From Chloroflexota bacterium (lineage in GTDB: Bacteria > Chloroflexota > UBA11872 > VXNJ01): a DNA stretch of 64,000 bases. Below, in pieces: positions 52,867 through 62,306 of this stretch (the stretch's first letter is position 1; each line of letters begins with the position of its first letter). The notes under the pieces are model-generated. The model worked only from the letters and a program-made list of their open reading frames with translations. It was not told the origin of the DNA and did no database searches. The DNA is taken from the NCBI GenBank assembly GCA_965261345.1, contig OZ253449.1, forward strand, positions 480,001-544,000, read 5' to 3'. A program made the translations under genes and the position numbers.

Positions 52867-54057
52867 TCAAGCGGATTTTGACACGGCGGCCGGATTGCGC
52901 TTGAGTGTTTCGGGCACAAAAAACTGGATAAGCGCGGCGGTCGCCAGGCCGGCAATTCCGAGCATAATCGCGCCGGTGACAAATCCAATGCTGTCGCCGA
53001 ACTGGCCGGGCAGGAAGTTGCCGCTCAGATCACCCAGGTCGCCGATCCCGCGCCAGACGCCCAGGAATTCGCTCAGGCGACCCGGCGGCGCCAGATCGAC
53101 ACCCAGGGTCATCAGTGCGCCCGAACCAAGGCCATTGCCGATTCCCAGGACAGCCGAACCGATCAGCAGCAGCATCCAGGTATCGGATCCGGCCACGATG
53201 AACATCCCGATCCCCATGACCGCAAACGAGGGCACTGAGCAGTATTTTCGACCGAAGCGGTCCATCACCCAACCGGCGAGCGGAAAAATGACCATGTCGA
53301 GGGCCCCGCCAACGGCCGTGATATAGCCGATCGCCGAGGCGTCCAGATCGAGCACGAAGGCGCCGAAGAACGGGATGATCGTCAATCGTGCGGCCCGGAT
53401 CGATTGGCCCAGGAGGGCTCCCAGCGACGCGACCAACACTTTCGGTTGCAGGTAGAGGCCAAATACGTCCAGGCGCCCTAGGGCTGACTGGCGAATCGGT
53501 GCACCGGCCCCTTCGAGTTGCTCGTCACGCTGCCCGAACCAGGACGCGGCCGCGGCAAATAATTGAAATACGGCGGCCATCAAAAAGAGCTCACGCAGGT
53601 CCAGCAGGGCGCCGAACACTCCAACCAGCGCCGGCCCCAGGAAGAAACGCGCTATCCGCATAGTCCCGCCCAGGGCCGCGGTGGCCCGCCCGCGGTGCTC
53701 GATCTCAACCATCTGGCCGATCAAGGTCACCCGCGAGAGGAAGGTCATCGACAGTCCGAACCCGAATACCAGCCGCAATACCAGCACTTCGTTGAACCCG
53801 CCGCTAAAGGCCAACGGGATCGTGGTGGCAAACATCACCAGGGCGCCGATTACGGTCACCGCGCGATTGGAAAGAGCTCCCAGCAGCATGCCGGCCGGGA
53901 CGTTGAAGAGCAGGTTGCCGATAGAGACCGCCGAGACTGCGACCGCAATTGCGGTGTAGCTGACGCCGAACTCGGCAACGAGCAACGGCAGGGTGGGAAC
54001 CAGCATCCCGACCCCGACGAAGAAGAAAAACGACGGCAGGTACAGCGGCACCAGCAA
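52867..54057 (-). CDS. MFS transporter
   Basis: About 12 TMs, GWVMDRFGRK, EHRGRA. The start is uncertain. Confidence 0.88.
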   Translation of the reverse strand: MLVPLYLPSFFFFVGVGMLVPTLPLLVAEFGVSYTAIAVAVSAVSIGNLLFNVPAGMLLGALSNRAVTVIGALVMFATTIPLAFSGGFNEVLVLRLVFGFGLSMTFLSRVTLIGQMVEIEHRGRATAALGGTMRIARFFLGPALVGVFGALLDLRELFLMAAVFQLFAAAASWFGQRDEQLEGAGAPIRQSALGRLDVFGLYLQPKVLVASLGALLGQSIRAARLTIIPFFGAFVLDLDASAIGYITAVGGALDMVIFPLAGWVMDRFGRKYCSVPSFAVMGIGMFIVAGSDTWMLLLIGSAVLGIGNGLGSGALMTLGVDLAPPGRLSEFLGVWRGIGDLGDLSGNFLPGQFGDSIGFVTGAIMLGIAGLATAALIQFFVPETLKRNPAAVSKSA

Positions 54058-54290
54058 TCGCCGGAGGGCGGTGAATATGGAAATGGCTGCGCGCGTCCCG
54101 GCGTTGTGGAATCGGCCGCCGCAAAGGGCGGGGCCACCAGTACATCAAGACTATTGGATCGCCGGTGCGCGATCTTGCCCCGGGGTAGTTCCATTAACAT
54201 GATTTGGGCGTAACATGCGAATTACCCCAAACGGCAAAGCCCGCCTCAGAAACAAGTCCGCGCGACCGCGCTTTCGAACAGATTAAGATC

Positions 54291-56828
54291 ATGGCAACAA
54301 CCAGCACTGCGATGCGGTCGGTGAGCATCGGCTCGGTGGAGGGGCCGGGTGATCGCCAATCGCTAACCATTCAGGTCCCCGAATACGGCCGGCAACACCT
54401 GGAGGATGTGGCATTCCTGACCTCGATGCTGTTGGTGCTGCTTGGGAATTACTCTCAGACCGGTCACCTTGGGGGGCCGCTCGCCTACACCCCGTACAAC
54501 GTGGCCATACATCTGCTCGGTCCCAAGCTGGGCGCACTGGCCTACGACCTGCGACGACCCAAGCACCCGAACGCTGACAATTTCATGCTGGCCGGCGGGC
54601 ATTGCGTTCCCACCTGCTATGCGCTTTGGATCATCCTCTGCGAATCGCTCGAACGCCAGCGAAAGGTTTCCGGAAACGAAGCTTACGCTACCGATCCCAA
54701 GCAGAACATGCTCGCCGTCGACGCGATCGGATTTCGCCGCGGGTCCGGCGCGCTGAGCACGATCCTGGACGAAAACGACCTCGCCGACCATCCGCTCTTT
54801 GCCCAGGCCGCCGGGCGCGGTATCCGGGCCCTGGCCGGACATGCCGAAACCACTGACATGACCAACGACGTCAATGGCGGTCCATCCGGTGTCGGCTTTT
54901 CGACCGCGGCCGGAAAAGCCATGTTCTGGGACTTTGCGGGGTCCCCACCCGAGCGCAAATCGATTGTTTTCGAGGGTGAGATGGCGTTGACCGAGGGCCA
55001 TGCGCAGGAGATCAAGACGATCGCCCTGGCGCAGAAGGTCGGCAAACGTCTGCGGGTCCTAAATTCGTTTAACAACGCCGGAATCGACGGTTCGCTGCTC
55101 GACGGTGTAATCGATTCCCGCTATTCCGGTTACAGCCTGCCCGATCAGTGGGCCGCCTACGGCTGGAACGTATTTACCCTCGACGACGGGAACCGGTTTG
55201 ACCAGGTAGTCGCCGCCCTCAAGGCGATGGAGGACTGGGATTTCGCCGACCGCCGGCCGATGATTACCGTCGGACGCACCCTCAAGGGCTGGTGGCCGGG
55301 GGCGGTTAACGGGCAAATCAACGGTCATGCCCAAATCACCGATGCGGCCTCGCATCCCTATACCCTGGCAATGAACGGCCCCTACTTCATCGCCCTGGCG
55401 GAGTCTTTTGAGCGGCGCTTTGGGGTGGAATTTTCCGGCATCCGTAACGGGGTTCCGCAATCGGAACGCGACCGCTTGATTGAATTTAAGACCAATGTCG
55501 ATATTGCCCTCTCGGCCCTGGACGGAGGGCTTGGGGCCTGGATTGCCGACCGCCTGGTGGCAATCGGAAACGACCTGCCCGAAGTGATGCCCTCGCGACT
55601 TCGGTTGGACGTCGATCCGTTCCGTGACGAGCGGCTGGCTCCGCAGAACCTGCCGCGCGACCCGGTCACGATCGGTTCGGGCAACGCCCAGACGCAGATC
55701 AGCCTATTTAAGGAAGCCGGACAAAAGGCCGGCACCCGGCGGGCGATTTCCGAAATCGGCAAATGGCTCAACTATGTAACCGACAACCGCTTCATCACCA
55801 TCGCCGCCGACCTGGCAGATTCGATCAACGTCGAGAAGGCACACTTTACCGGCCTCTATGATCCTGAAAGCAACCCCGGTGGAACTCGCCTCAAAGCGGC
55901 GATCGAGGAAGCCGGCAACGCCGGCACCATTGCCGGACTGGTCTCACAGACCCTCTCGCCGGATCCGGAACGCCACGCCGGAGTCTGGGGACTAACGGGC
56001 ACCTACGGCGCGTTTACCCCGTTGATGTACACGCCGGTGCGTGTGTTTTCCCAGCAAAATCAGGACTCGCCGTTTGCCAATGGCGTCCTGACCGTACTGG
56101 CCGGGCATTCGGGCCCCGAAACCGCGGCCGACGCGCGCACCCACTTTGGAATTTTTGCACCGCAGGTTTGGACCATGTTCCCGCGCGGCCAGGTGATCAA
56201 TCTCTATTTCTGGGACTACAACGACGTTGCGCCTGGGTACTTTGCCGCTGTCTCCCACGCCGCCCGCTGCAAACACGCCGGGGTAATCGTCATCCATGTG
56301 GCCCGGCCCGACTTTAACGTCGCCGATCGGTCGAAGTTTGCCGACACTGACATTCTGGCGGCCGCACGCGGAGCCTACGTCATCCGCGATTTCGACCGCA
56401 CCCTGGACCCCCAGGGCACGGTGTACGTGCAAGGGTCGTCATCGACTAACAACCTGGTTTCGATCATTCCGCAACTGGACGCGGAAAAGATCAACGTCCG
56501 GGTTGTGGCGGTAATTTCTGAGGACCTCCTGCGACTTCAAGACGAGATCTACCAGCGCAAGATCCTCTCCGACGCCGATCGCTTCGACTCGATGTTCGTT
56601 ACCACTATGACCAAGCGGGTCGCGCCGTTGGCCAATCTGGGGCCGTTTGCCGAGCAGTATTCGCTTAGCTCGGACTTTGACGACCGCTGGCGCACTGGTG
56701 GGTCGGAAGCTGACGTCATTTCCGAGTCGCGCCTTGATCCCGTTTCGATCCTCGACGGCATCCGCCGCTTTGCGGCCGCGCACGATGCCCGCCTGAATCG
56801 GGCTCGCCGGGCGCTCGGCGCGGTCTAA
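54291..56828 (+). CDS. Transketolase-like ThDP-dependent enzyme (divergent)
   Basis: TGHLGG, AGGH, GHAE, GPSGVG, GEM..TEG...NN, AADLADS, IEE, HSGPETAADARTH. Start ATG 54291. Confidence 0.75.
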   Translation: MATTSTAMRSVSIGSVEGPGDRQSLTIQVPEYGRQHLEDVAFLTSMLLVLLGNYSQTGHLGGPLAYTPYNVAIHLLGPKLGALAYDLRRPKHPNADNFMLAGGHCVPTCYALWIILCESLERQRKVSGNEAYATDPKQNMLAVDAIGFRRGSGALSTILDENDLADHPLFAQAAGRGIRALAGHAETTDMTNDVNGGPSGVGFSTAAGKAMFWDFAGSPPERKSIVFEGEMALTEGHAQEIKTIALAQKVGKRLRVLNSFNNAGIDGSLLDGVIDSRYSGYSLPDQWAAYGWNVFTLDDGNRFDQVVAALKAMEDWDFADRRPMITVGRTLKGWWPGAVNGQINGHAQITDAASHPYTLAMNGPYFIALAESFERRFGVEFSGIRNGVPQSERDRLIEFKTNVDIALSALDGGLGAWIADRLVAIGNDLPEVMPSRLRLDVDPFRDERLAPQNLPRDPVTIGSGNAQTQISLFKEAGQKAGTRRAISEIGKWLNYVTDNRFITIAADLADSINVEKAHFTGLYDPESNPGGTRLKAAIEEAGNAGTIAGLVSQTLSPDPERHAGVWGLTGTYGAFTPLMYTPVRVFSQQNQDSPFANGVLTVLAGHSGPETAADARTHFGIFAPQVWTMFPRGQVINLYFWDYNDVAPGYFAAVSHAARCKHAGVIVIHVARPDFNVADRSKFADTDILAAARGAYVIRDFDRTLDPQGTVYVQGSSSTNNLVSIIPQLDAEKINVRVVAVISEDLLRLQDEIYQRKILSDADRFDSMFVTTMTKRVAPLANLGPFAEQYSLSSDFDDRWRTGGSEADVISESRLDPVSILDGIRRFAAAHDARLNRARRALGAV

Positions 56829-56862
56829 TCGGGGCCGGCCGACGCCGGAATAGAGGCAACCA

Positions 56863-57474
56863 TTGCTGGCACTAGTCGACTACGGGTCCGGCAACATCGG
56901 AAGCGTCCGGAGGGCGCTTGAATTCGTCGAGGCCGATTACCAGTTAACCGATGACCCGGCCACCGTCGCCGGTGCCGATGGGGTGATCCTACCCGGTGTG
57001 GGAGCAGCCTTGGATACGATGAACGGTTTGCGGTCGCGCGGCCTCTCGGGTCCGATCGGGGATCACGTCCGGGCGGGCAAACCGTTCCTAGGGGTCTGCA
57101 TGGGATTGCATGTCCTGCTGGCGCGGTCGGAAGAAAATGACAACACCGAGTGCCTGGGCCTGTACGGCGGCACCGTTCGACGGTTCCCGCCGGGGCCACA
57201 TGTCCCGCACATGGGCTGGAACCAGGTCCATCAGGTCGCCGCCTGCCCGATATTTGAAGGGATACCCAGCGGGACCAATTTTTATTTCGTGCACTCCTAC
57301 TACGCCGATGCGGCCGATTCCAGTTACTGCGCCGGGGTGACCGAATACGGAGTAAATTTCTTGAGCGTGCTGGGCGAGGGACTGGTCTTTGCCACCCAGT
57401 TTCACCCGGAAAAAAGCGGGCCATGGGGACTTGCGATTTATCGAAATTTCGTCGCCCTCTGCCCGGCCACCTAG
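56863..57474 (+). CDS. hisH: Imidazole glycerol phosphate synthase, glutaminase subunit
   Basis: DYGSGN, LPGVG, GVCMG, PHMGWN, YFVHSY, QFHPEKS. Confidence 0.97.
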   Translation: MLALVDYGSGNIGSVRRALEFVEADYQLTDDPATVAGADGVILPGVGAALDTMNGLRSRGLSGPIGDHVRAGKPFLGVCMGLHVLLARSEENDNTECLGLYGGTVRRFPPGPHVPHMGWNQVHQVAACPIFEGIPSGTNFYFVHSYYADAADSSYCAGVTEYGVNFLSVLGEGLVFATQFHPEKSGPWGLAIYRNFVALCPAT

Positions 57475-57490
57475 AGAACGTTGTCTGGCC

Positions 57491-58207
57491 GTGTTGACGA
57501 TCTATCCGGCAGTTGACATCTACGCCGGGCGGGCGGTTCGCTTGCACCAGGGTGATTTTGCCCGCGCCGACGTTTTCCACCCGGACCCGGTACAGCCGGC
57601 CCGACGATGGCTTGAACAGGGCGCCGGTTGGCTGCATGTCGTCGATTTGGACGGGGCCCGCACCGGGCATCCAGTCAATACCCGGGCAATCGCCAATATC
57701 GCCAAATTGCCGATCAAACTGCAATTGGGCGGGGGCCTGCGGACGATGCCCGATATCGAGGCGGCCCTTTCCTGCGGGGTCGACCGCGTGATACTGGGTA
57801 CGGCCGCGGTCAAGGACGCCAAGCTGCTCGCAGATTGCTGCGCCAGGTTCGCCAACCAGGTAGTAATCGGCATCGATGCCCGCGGTGGGGTGATGGCCAC
57901 CGAGGCCTGGCAACAGTCGGCCGGGCCCGCGGCGCTGGAATTTGCCAAGCGCTGCCAGGACCTTGGGGCAACCGCCATCGTCTACACCGATATCGAGCGT
58001 GACGGGATGTTGGCAGGGATCAACGGCGCCGCGCTGGCGGCGATGTGCAACTCGGTTGATACGCCGGTCATTGCCTCCGGTGGAGTTGCCTCGCTCGATG
58101 ACATCGCCCTGGCCCGGGCATCCGGGGCAGCGGGAGTGATCATTGGCCGGGCACTCTATGACGGCCGCATCCAATTGGCCGACGCGCTGGCCCTCGCAAC
58201 CCAGTAG
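57491..58207 (+). CDS. hisA: ProFAR isomerase
   Basis: IYPAVD, AVRL.QG, LHVVDLDGA, GGGLR, TDIERDG, ASGG, GRALY. Start GTG 57491. Confidence 0.96.
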   Translation: MLTIYPAVDIYAGRAVRLHQGDFARADVFHPDPVQPARRWLEQGAGWLHVVDLDGARTGHPVNTRAIANIAKLPIKLQLGGGLRTMPDIEAALSCGVDRVILGTAAVKDAKLLADCCARFANQVVIGIDARGGVMATEAWQQSAGPAALEFAKRCQDLGATAIVYTDIERDGMLAGINGAALAAMCNSVDTPVIASGGVASLDDIALARASGAAGVIIGRALYDGRIQLADALALATQ

Positions 58208-58216
58208 CCGCTCGCG

Positions 58217-58990
58217 ATGCTCACCCGCCGGATCATTCCCTGCCTGGACGTCAAAAACGGGCGCAACGTGCGTGGCGTGCGTTTTTCAGCTGATCGCGAC
58301 GCTGGCGACCCGGTGGAGCTGGCCGCCTACTACAACCGGACCGGGGCCGACGAACTGGTCTTCTACGACATCTCGGCATCAGCCGAAGGTCGCGCGATTA
58401 CCCTGAACATGATGCGAGCGGTGGCCGAACAGGTGTTTATCCCGCTCACCGTCGGCGGAGGGATCCGCAACACCCAGGACATGTACGAAATGCTGCGGAA
58501 CGGGGCCGACAAAGTCTCGATAAACACCGCCGCGGTGGCCGACCCCGGAATGATCCGTCTGGGTGCTGACCGCTTCGGCAGCCAGTGCATCGTGCTCTCG
58601 ATTGATTCGAAGGCCCGGCCTGACCGGCGCGGCTGGGAGGTGTGGACCCACGGCGGACGCACCAATACCGGCCTGGACGCGCTAGCCTGGGCCGAGCGCG
58701 GGGTCGAGTTGGGGGCCGGTGAAATCGTTCTAAATAGCATTGACGCCGACGGTACCCGCGACGGCTACGACAACGCCCAGCTGGCGGCCCTGACCAGCCG
58801 GGTGCCGGTGCCGGTTGTCGCCTCCGGCGGGGCGGGATCGCTTGAACACCTCTACGAAGCCCTATCCGTCGGCGGGGCCCATGCAGTACTGGCGGCCTCA
58901 ATCTTCCACTACCGGGACTTTACGATCGGTCAGGCCAAACAGTACCTGGCCGGGCGTGGAGTCGCGATGCGCCATGACCATGGAGCCTAG
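58217..58990 (+). CDS. hisF: Imidazole glycerol phosphate synthase, cyclase subunit
   Basis: RIIPCLDV, GDPVE, GADEL, PLTVGGG, GADKVSIN, GAGEI, ASGGAG, LAASIFH. Confidence 0.98.
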   Translation: MLTRRIIPCLDVKNGRNVRGVRFSADRDAGDPVELAAYYNRTGADELVFYDISASAEGRAITLNMMRAVAEQVFIPLTVGGGIRNTQDMYEMLRNGADKVSINTAAVADPGMIRLGADRFGSQCIVLSIDSKARPDRRGWEVWTHGGRTNTGLDALAWAERGVELGAGEIVLNSIDADGTRDGYDNAQLAALTSRVPVPVVASGGAGSLEHLYEALSVGGAHAVLAASIFHYRDFTIGQAKQYLAGRGVAMRHDHGA

Positions 58991-59332
58991 ATGACGGCAA
59001 GGCTGAACCCCGGCAACCTGACCTGGGGCACCGCCGGGTTGATTCCGGCGATAGTCCAGCACGCCGACTCCGGGGCGGTGCTGATGCTCGGTTACATGAA
59101 TCGCGAGGCCCTCGATCTGACCCTTGACACCGGCCAAGTCTGTTTCTGGTCGCGAACACGCGGACGGCTCTGGCGCAAGGGCGAAACCTCGGGCAATACC
59201 CTGACGCTGCAGTCGATACACGTAAATTGCGAGGAAAATAGCCTGTTGGTTCAGGCTCGTCCGCATGGCCCGACCTGCCACACCGGCAACCCAACTTGTT
59301 TCTACCGTGAACTGGCAGGACCTTCCCGATGA
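58991..59332 (+). CDS. hisI: Phosphoribosyl-AMP cyclohydrolase
   Basis: [38 protein letters not shown]. Confidence 0.95.
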   Translation: MTARLNPGNLTWGTAGLIPAIVQHADSGAVLMLGYMNREALDLTLDTGQVCFWSRTRGRLWRKGETSGNTLTLQSIHVNCEENSLLVQARPHGPTCHTGNPTCFYRELAGPSR

Positions 59333-59625
59333 ACGATGCCCCGACCGTCGCGGTAATCGAAGAGGTGGCCGCGATCATCGCCCAGCGGCGACGGGACATG
59401 CCCGCCGACTCCTATGTTGCCGAGTGTTTTCGCCGCGGTTGGCCCTATATTGCCCGGAAGCTGATCGAGGAGGCGACCGAAGCGGCGATCGCCGCCCGCG
59501 AGGAATCAGACCAGCGGCTGGCCAGCGAGATCTCCGACCTGTTTTTCTTCGCCCTACTTACGCTGGCCCAGCGCGGGGTTGATGTCAACCTTGTCTGGCG
59601 GGAATTGGCAGAACGCCGCCGCTAA
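59329..59625 (+). CDS. hisE: Phosphoribosyl-ATP pyrophosphatase
   Basis: R....P.DSY, KL.EEATE, E.SDL.F, EL..R. ATGA overlap with hisI. Confidence 0.92.
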   Translation: MNDAPTVAVIEEVAAIIAQRRRDMPADSYVAECFRRGWPYIARKLIEEATEAAIAAREESDQRLASEISDLFFFALLTLAQRGVDVNLVWRELAERRR

Positions 59626-59645
59626 ACGGGAATTGCCCCGAAACC

Positions 59646-60467
59646 TTACAAAGCCGCCAGGATCGCGTCGAGCGCCGTTTTGGCCTGCACAAAGGCCCCG
59701 GGACTGGTACGGCCGCGGTGGCGGGCGGCCAGGTCCAGGTGGGGTTCTAGCGCCAGATTCCAGATCTGCTTGCGCTCGGCCGCGGCGGAGAGGATTTTGG
59801 GCCAATTGCACCGGCCTGCGCCGGCAGGGACCATTTGCCGGTCGTCCCCCAGGTCCTTAACGTGGAAGGCACTGATCTGGCCCCAGAGCTGCGGGCAGGC
59901 GTCCAACCAGGGGTCGATTCCAACAACTGCGAAATTGCACGGATCGCACACGTAGGCCAGATTGTCAGCACCGGTTTGTTCCAGCGCCATCAGAATCTGC
60001 GCCGGTGTTTCACCAAAAACGGCACGCTCGTTTTCGAGCAGCAGCGTGATGCCCGGGGCCTCACTGGCGGCCTGGGCACATAGGGTCCGCAACCGGGCTA
60101 CGCAGGCCCCGTGCTCATCGGCACGTTCGGTTTGAAATCCAAAAATCCGCACGTAGGAGGCGCCGAACCGATCGGCGGCGGCCAGGCAATTTCCCAGTTG
60201 CCACTGCGAGCCCGCCATGTCCCCTTCGACCGGTGACTTGCCGATCGGCGAGGCCACGCTTTGACAGGCGATTCCGGCGGCGGCCAATTGCCCTGCCAGG
60301 CGATCGCGCTCGGCGGCGGTCGAGTCAGCGATCGAACACCGCAGTCCGACGCGATCGAAATGGCGAACGTCGATGAGTTCAAGATCAAGACTTGCGAAAA
60401 ATTCCAGCTGCTTGGCAAAATCATCAAATGCCTCATCGGCAAAGCCGGATATCCGCCAGGCGGTCAC
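59646..60467 (-). CDS. Sugar phosphate isomerase/epimerase family protein
   Basis: SGFADE, SPIGK, RIFGF, LLENE, DPCNF, HVKD, LEPHL. Confidence 0.85.
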   Translation of the reverse strand: MTAWRISGFADEAFDDFAKQLEFFASLDLELIDVRHFDRVGLRCSIADSTAAERDRLAGQLAAAGIACQSVASPIGKSPVEGDMAGSQWQLGNCLAAADRFGASYVRIFGFQTERADEHGACVARLRTLCAQAASEAPGITLLLENERAVFGETPAQILMALEQTGADNLAYVCDPCNFAVVGIDPWLDACPQLWGQISAFHVKDLGDDRQMVPAGAGRCNWPKILSAAAERKQIWNLALEPHLDLAARHRGRTSPGAFVQAKTALDAILAAL

Positions 60468-62263
60468 CTCTCCAAAACCGTGGTGAATGCGGCCTGCGGA
60501 ATTTCGACCTGGCCCACCATTTTCATGCGCTTCTTGCCCTCGGCTTGTTTCTTTAGCAATTTGCGCTTTCGGGTCACGTCACCGCCGTAGCATTTGGCCA
60601 GTACGTCTTTGCGCAGCGCCGGAATCGTCTCGCGGGCGATGACCCGTCCCCCGATCGCCGCCTGCAGGGCCACCTGAAACAATTGCCGCGGAATTACCGT
60701 CCGCAGACGGGCCAGGACTGCCAGCGCGTCGGCACGAGCGCGGCCACGATGGCAAATCGACGAGAGCGCATCGACCCGCGAACCATTAACCAGGATGTCT
60801 ACGACCTGGACATTGACCGGCCGGTAATCGCTCACATGGTAGTCGAGCGAGGCATACCCGCGGGTTGAGGATTTGAGCCGGTCGTAGAAGTCAACAAGAA
60901 TCTCGCCCAGCGGCGCCTGTCCACCCAGCAGTACGCGCCGCGTATCGAGCGATTCGACCTTGCTGGTCGAACCGCGGGCCAGGCGCACCAGTTCCATCAA
61001 CGGGCCGAGGTAGTCGGCGGGGGTCACGATCGAGAGGTTGACCCAGGGCTCGAGCACCCGAGCGATTTCATTGCCCGGCGGCATGGCCGCCGGGCCGTCG
61101 ACCAGCACGGTCCGCCCGTCGTGTCGCTCCACCCTGTACTCGACGCCGGGATTGGTCACGATCAAGGTCAGGTCGTTGTCGCGTTCAAGCCGCTCGCGCA
61201 CGATGCTCAGATGCAATAGGCCCAGGAAACCAACCCGGAAACCAAATCCGAGGGCCGCCGACTCCTCCGGAACGTAGGTAAGCGCCGAATCGTTTAAGCG
61301 CAAAAGTTCAAGGGCACGGCGCAACTGCGGAAATTGCCCGGGGTCCTGCGGGTAGATTCCGGCAAAAACCATCGGTTTGGCGGGAGCGTACCCGGGAAGG
61401 GGCTCCGAAAGCTGGTCAGTTTGGGCCAGCAGGGTGTCGCCAACGACGAATTCGAATCCATCCTTGAGTCCGGTCGCCGCGTAGCCAACCTGTCCGGCCC
61501 GCAGCGTGTCAACCTTTTTCATCTGTGGCGCGAACACGCCGACCTCTACTACCTCGAAGCGCTTTCCGCTGCCCGGCAGGCGGATCCGGTCGCCGGCGCT
61601 AACCGCCCCATCGACCACCCGGATATGGGTTACCACCCCGCGGTGGCGGTCGTAGGTCGAATCGAATATGAGCGCTCGCAATGGGCCGTCGAATTTCCCG
61701 TCCGGAGCCGGTATCGTCGCGATCAACGAGGCCAGCAGCTCTGGTACCCCGGTTCCGTTTTTGGCCGATACCGCCGCGATCTGGCCGGGTTCGACCCCCA
61801 TCAATTCGACAATTTCGGCTTTCGCCTGGTCCAGTTGGGCCGCGGGCATGTCTATCTTGTTTACAACTGGAATGATCTCCAGCCCAAGCTCGAGCGCCTG
61901 ATAGAGATTGGCAATCGTCTGGGCTTCGATGCCCTGAGTGGCGTCAACCAGCAGTAGCGCCCCTTCGCAGGCGGCCATGGCCCGCGAGACCTCGTACGAA
62001 AAGTCAACGTGCCCCGGAGTGTCGATCAGATTGAGCAGGTATTCGGGACCACCGTCTCGCGGGAGCCGCATGCTCACCGGAGTTGCCTTGATGGTTATCC
62101 CGTGCTCGCGCTCCAGATCAAGGGAATCGAGCACCTGGCTGCGCATATGGCGCTCATCGACCTGACCAGTAAGTTCGAGCATGCGATCGGCCAGGGTCGA
62201 CTTTCCATGGTCGATATGGGCAATGATGCAGAAATTGCGAATATGAGCAAGCGGGCCGGGCAT
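60464..62263 (-). CDS. lepA: Elongation factor 4
   Basis: IRNFCIIAHIDHGKSTLADR, GITIK, DTPGHVDF, NKID, RKDVLAKCYGGD.TRKRKLL.KQ.EGKKRMK. Confidence 0.99.
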   Translation of the reverse strand: MPGPLAHIRNFCIIAHIDHGKSTLADRMLELTGQVDERHMRSQVLDSLDLEREHGITIKATPVSMRLPRDGGPEYLLNLIDTPGHVDFSYEVSRAMAACEGALLLVDATQGIEAQTIANLYQALELGLEIIPVVNKIDMPAAQLDQAKAEIVELMGVEPGQIAAVSAKNGTGVPELLASLIATIPAPDGKFDGPLRALIFDSTYDRHRGVVTHIRVVDGAVSAGDRIRLPGSGKRFEVVEVGVFAPQMKKVDTLRAGQVGYAATGLKDGFEFVVGDTLLAQTDQLSEPLPGYAPAKPMVFAGIYPQDPGQFPQLRRALELLRLNDSALTYVPEESAALGFGFRVGFLGLLHLSIVRERLERDNDLTLIVTNPGVEYRVERHDGRTVLVDGPAAMPPGNEIARVLEPWVNLSIVTPADYLGPLMELVRLARGSTSKVESLDTRRVLLGGQAPLGEILVDFYDRLKSSTRGYASLDYHVSDYRPVNVQVVDILVNGSRVDALSSICHRGRARADALAVLARLRTVIPRQLFQVALQAAIGGRVIARETIPALRKDVLAKCYGGDVTRKRKLLKKQAEGKKRMKMVGQVEIPQAAFTTVLER

Positions 62264-62306
62264 GCGGAGATCTTGTGTTTACCGGTCTTTTGGGGTGGAA
62301 GCGATT

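Noticed and set aside
54094-54096. In-frame ACG 13 codons upstream of the MFS TTG, as a third ACG start
   Set aside because: No SD and no homology argument; TTG 54057 is adequate.
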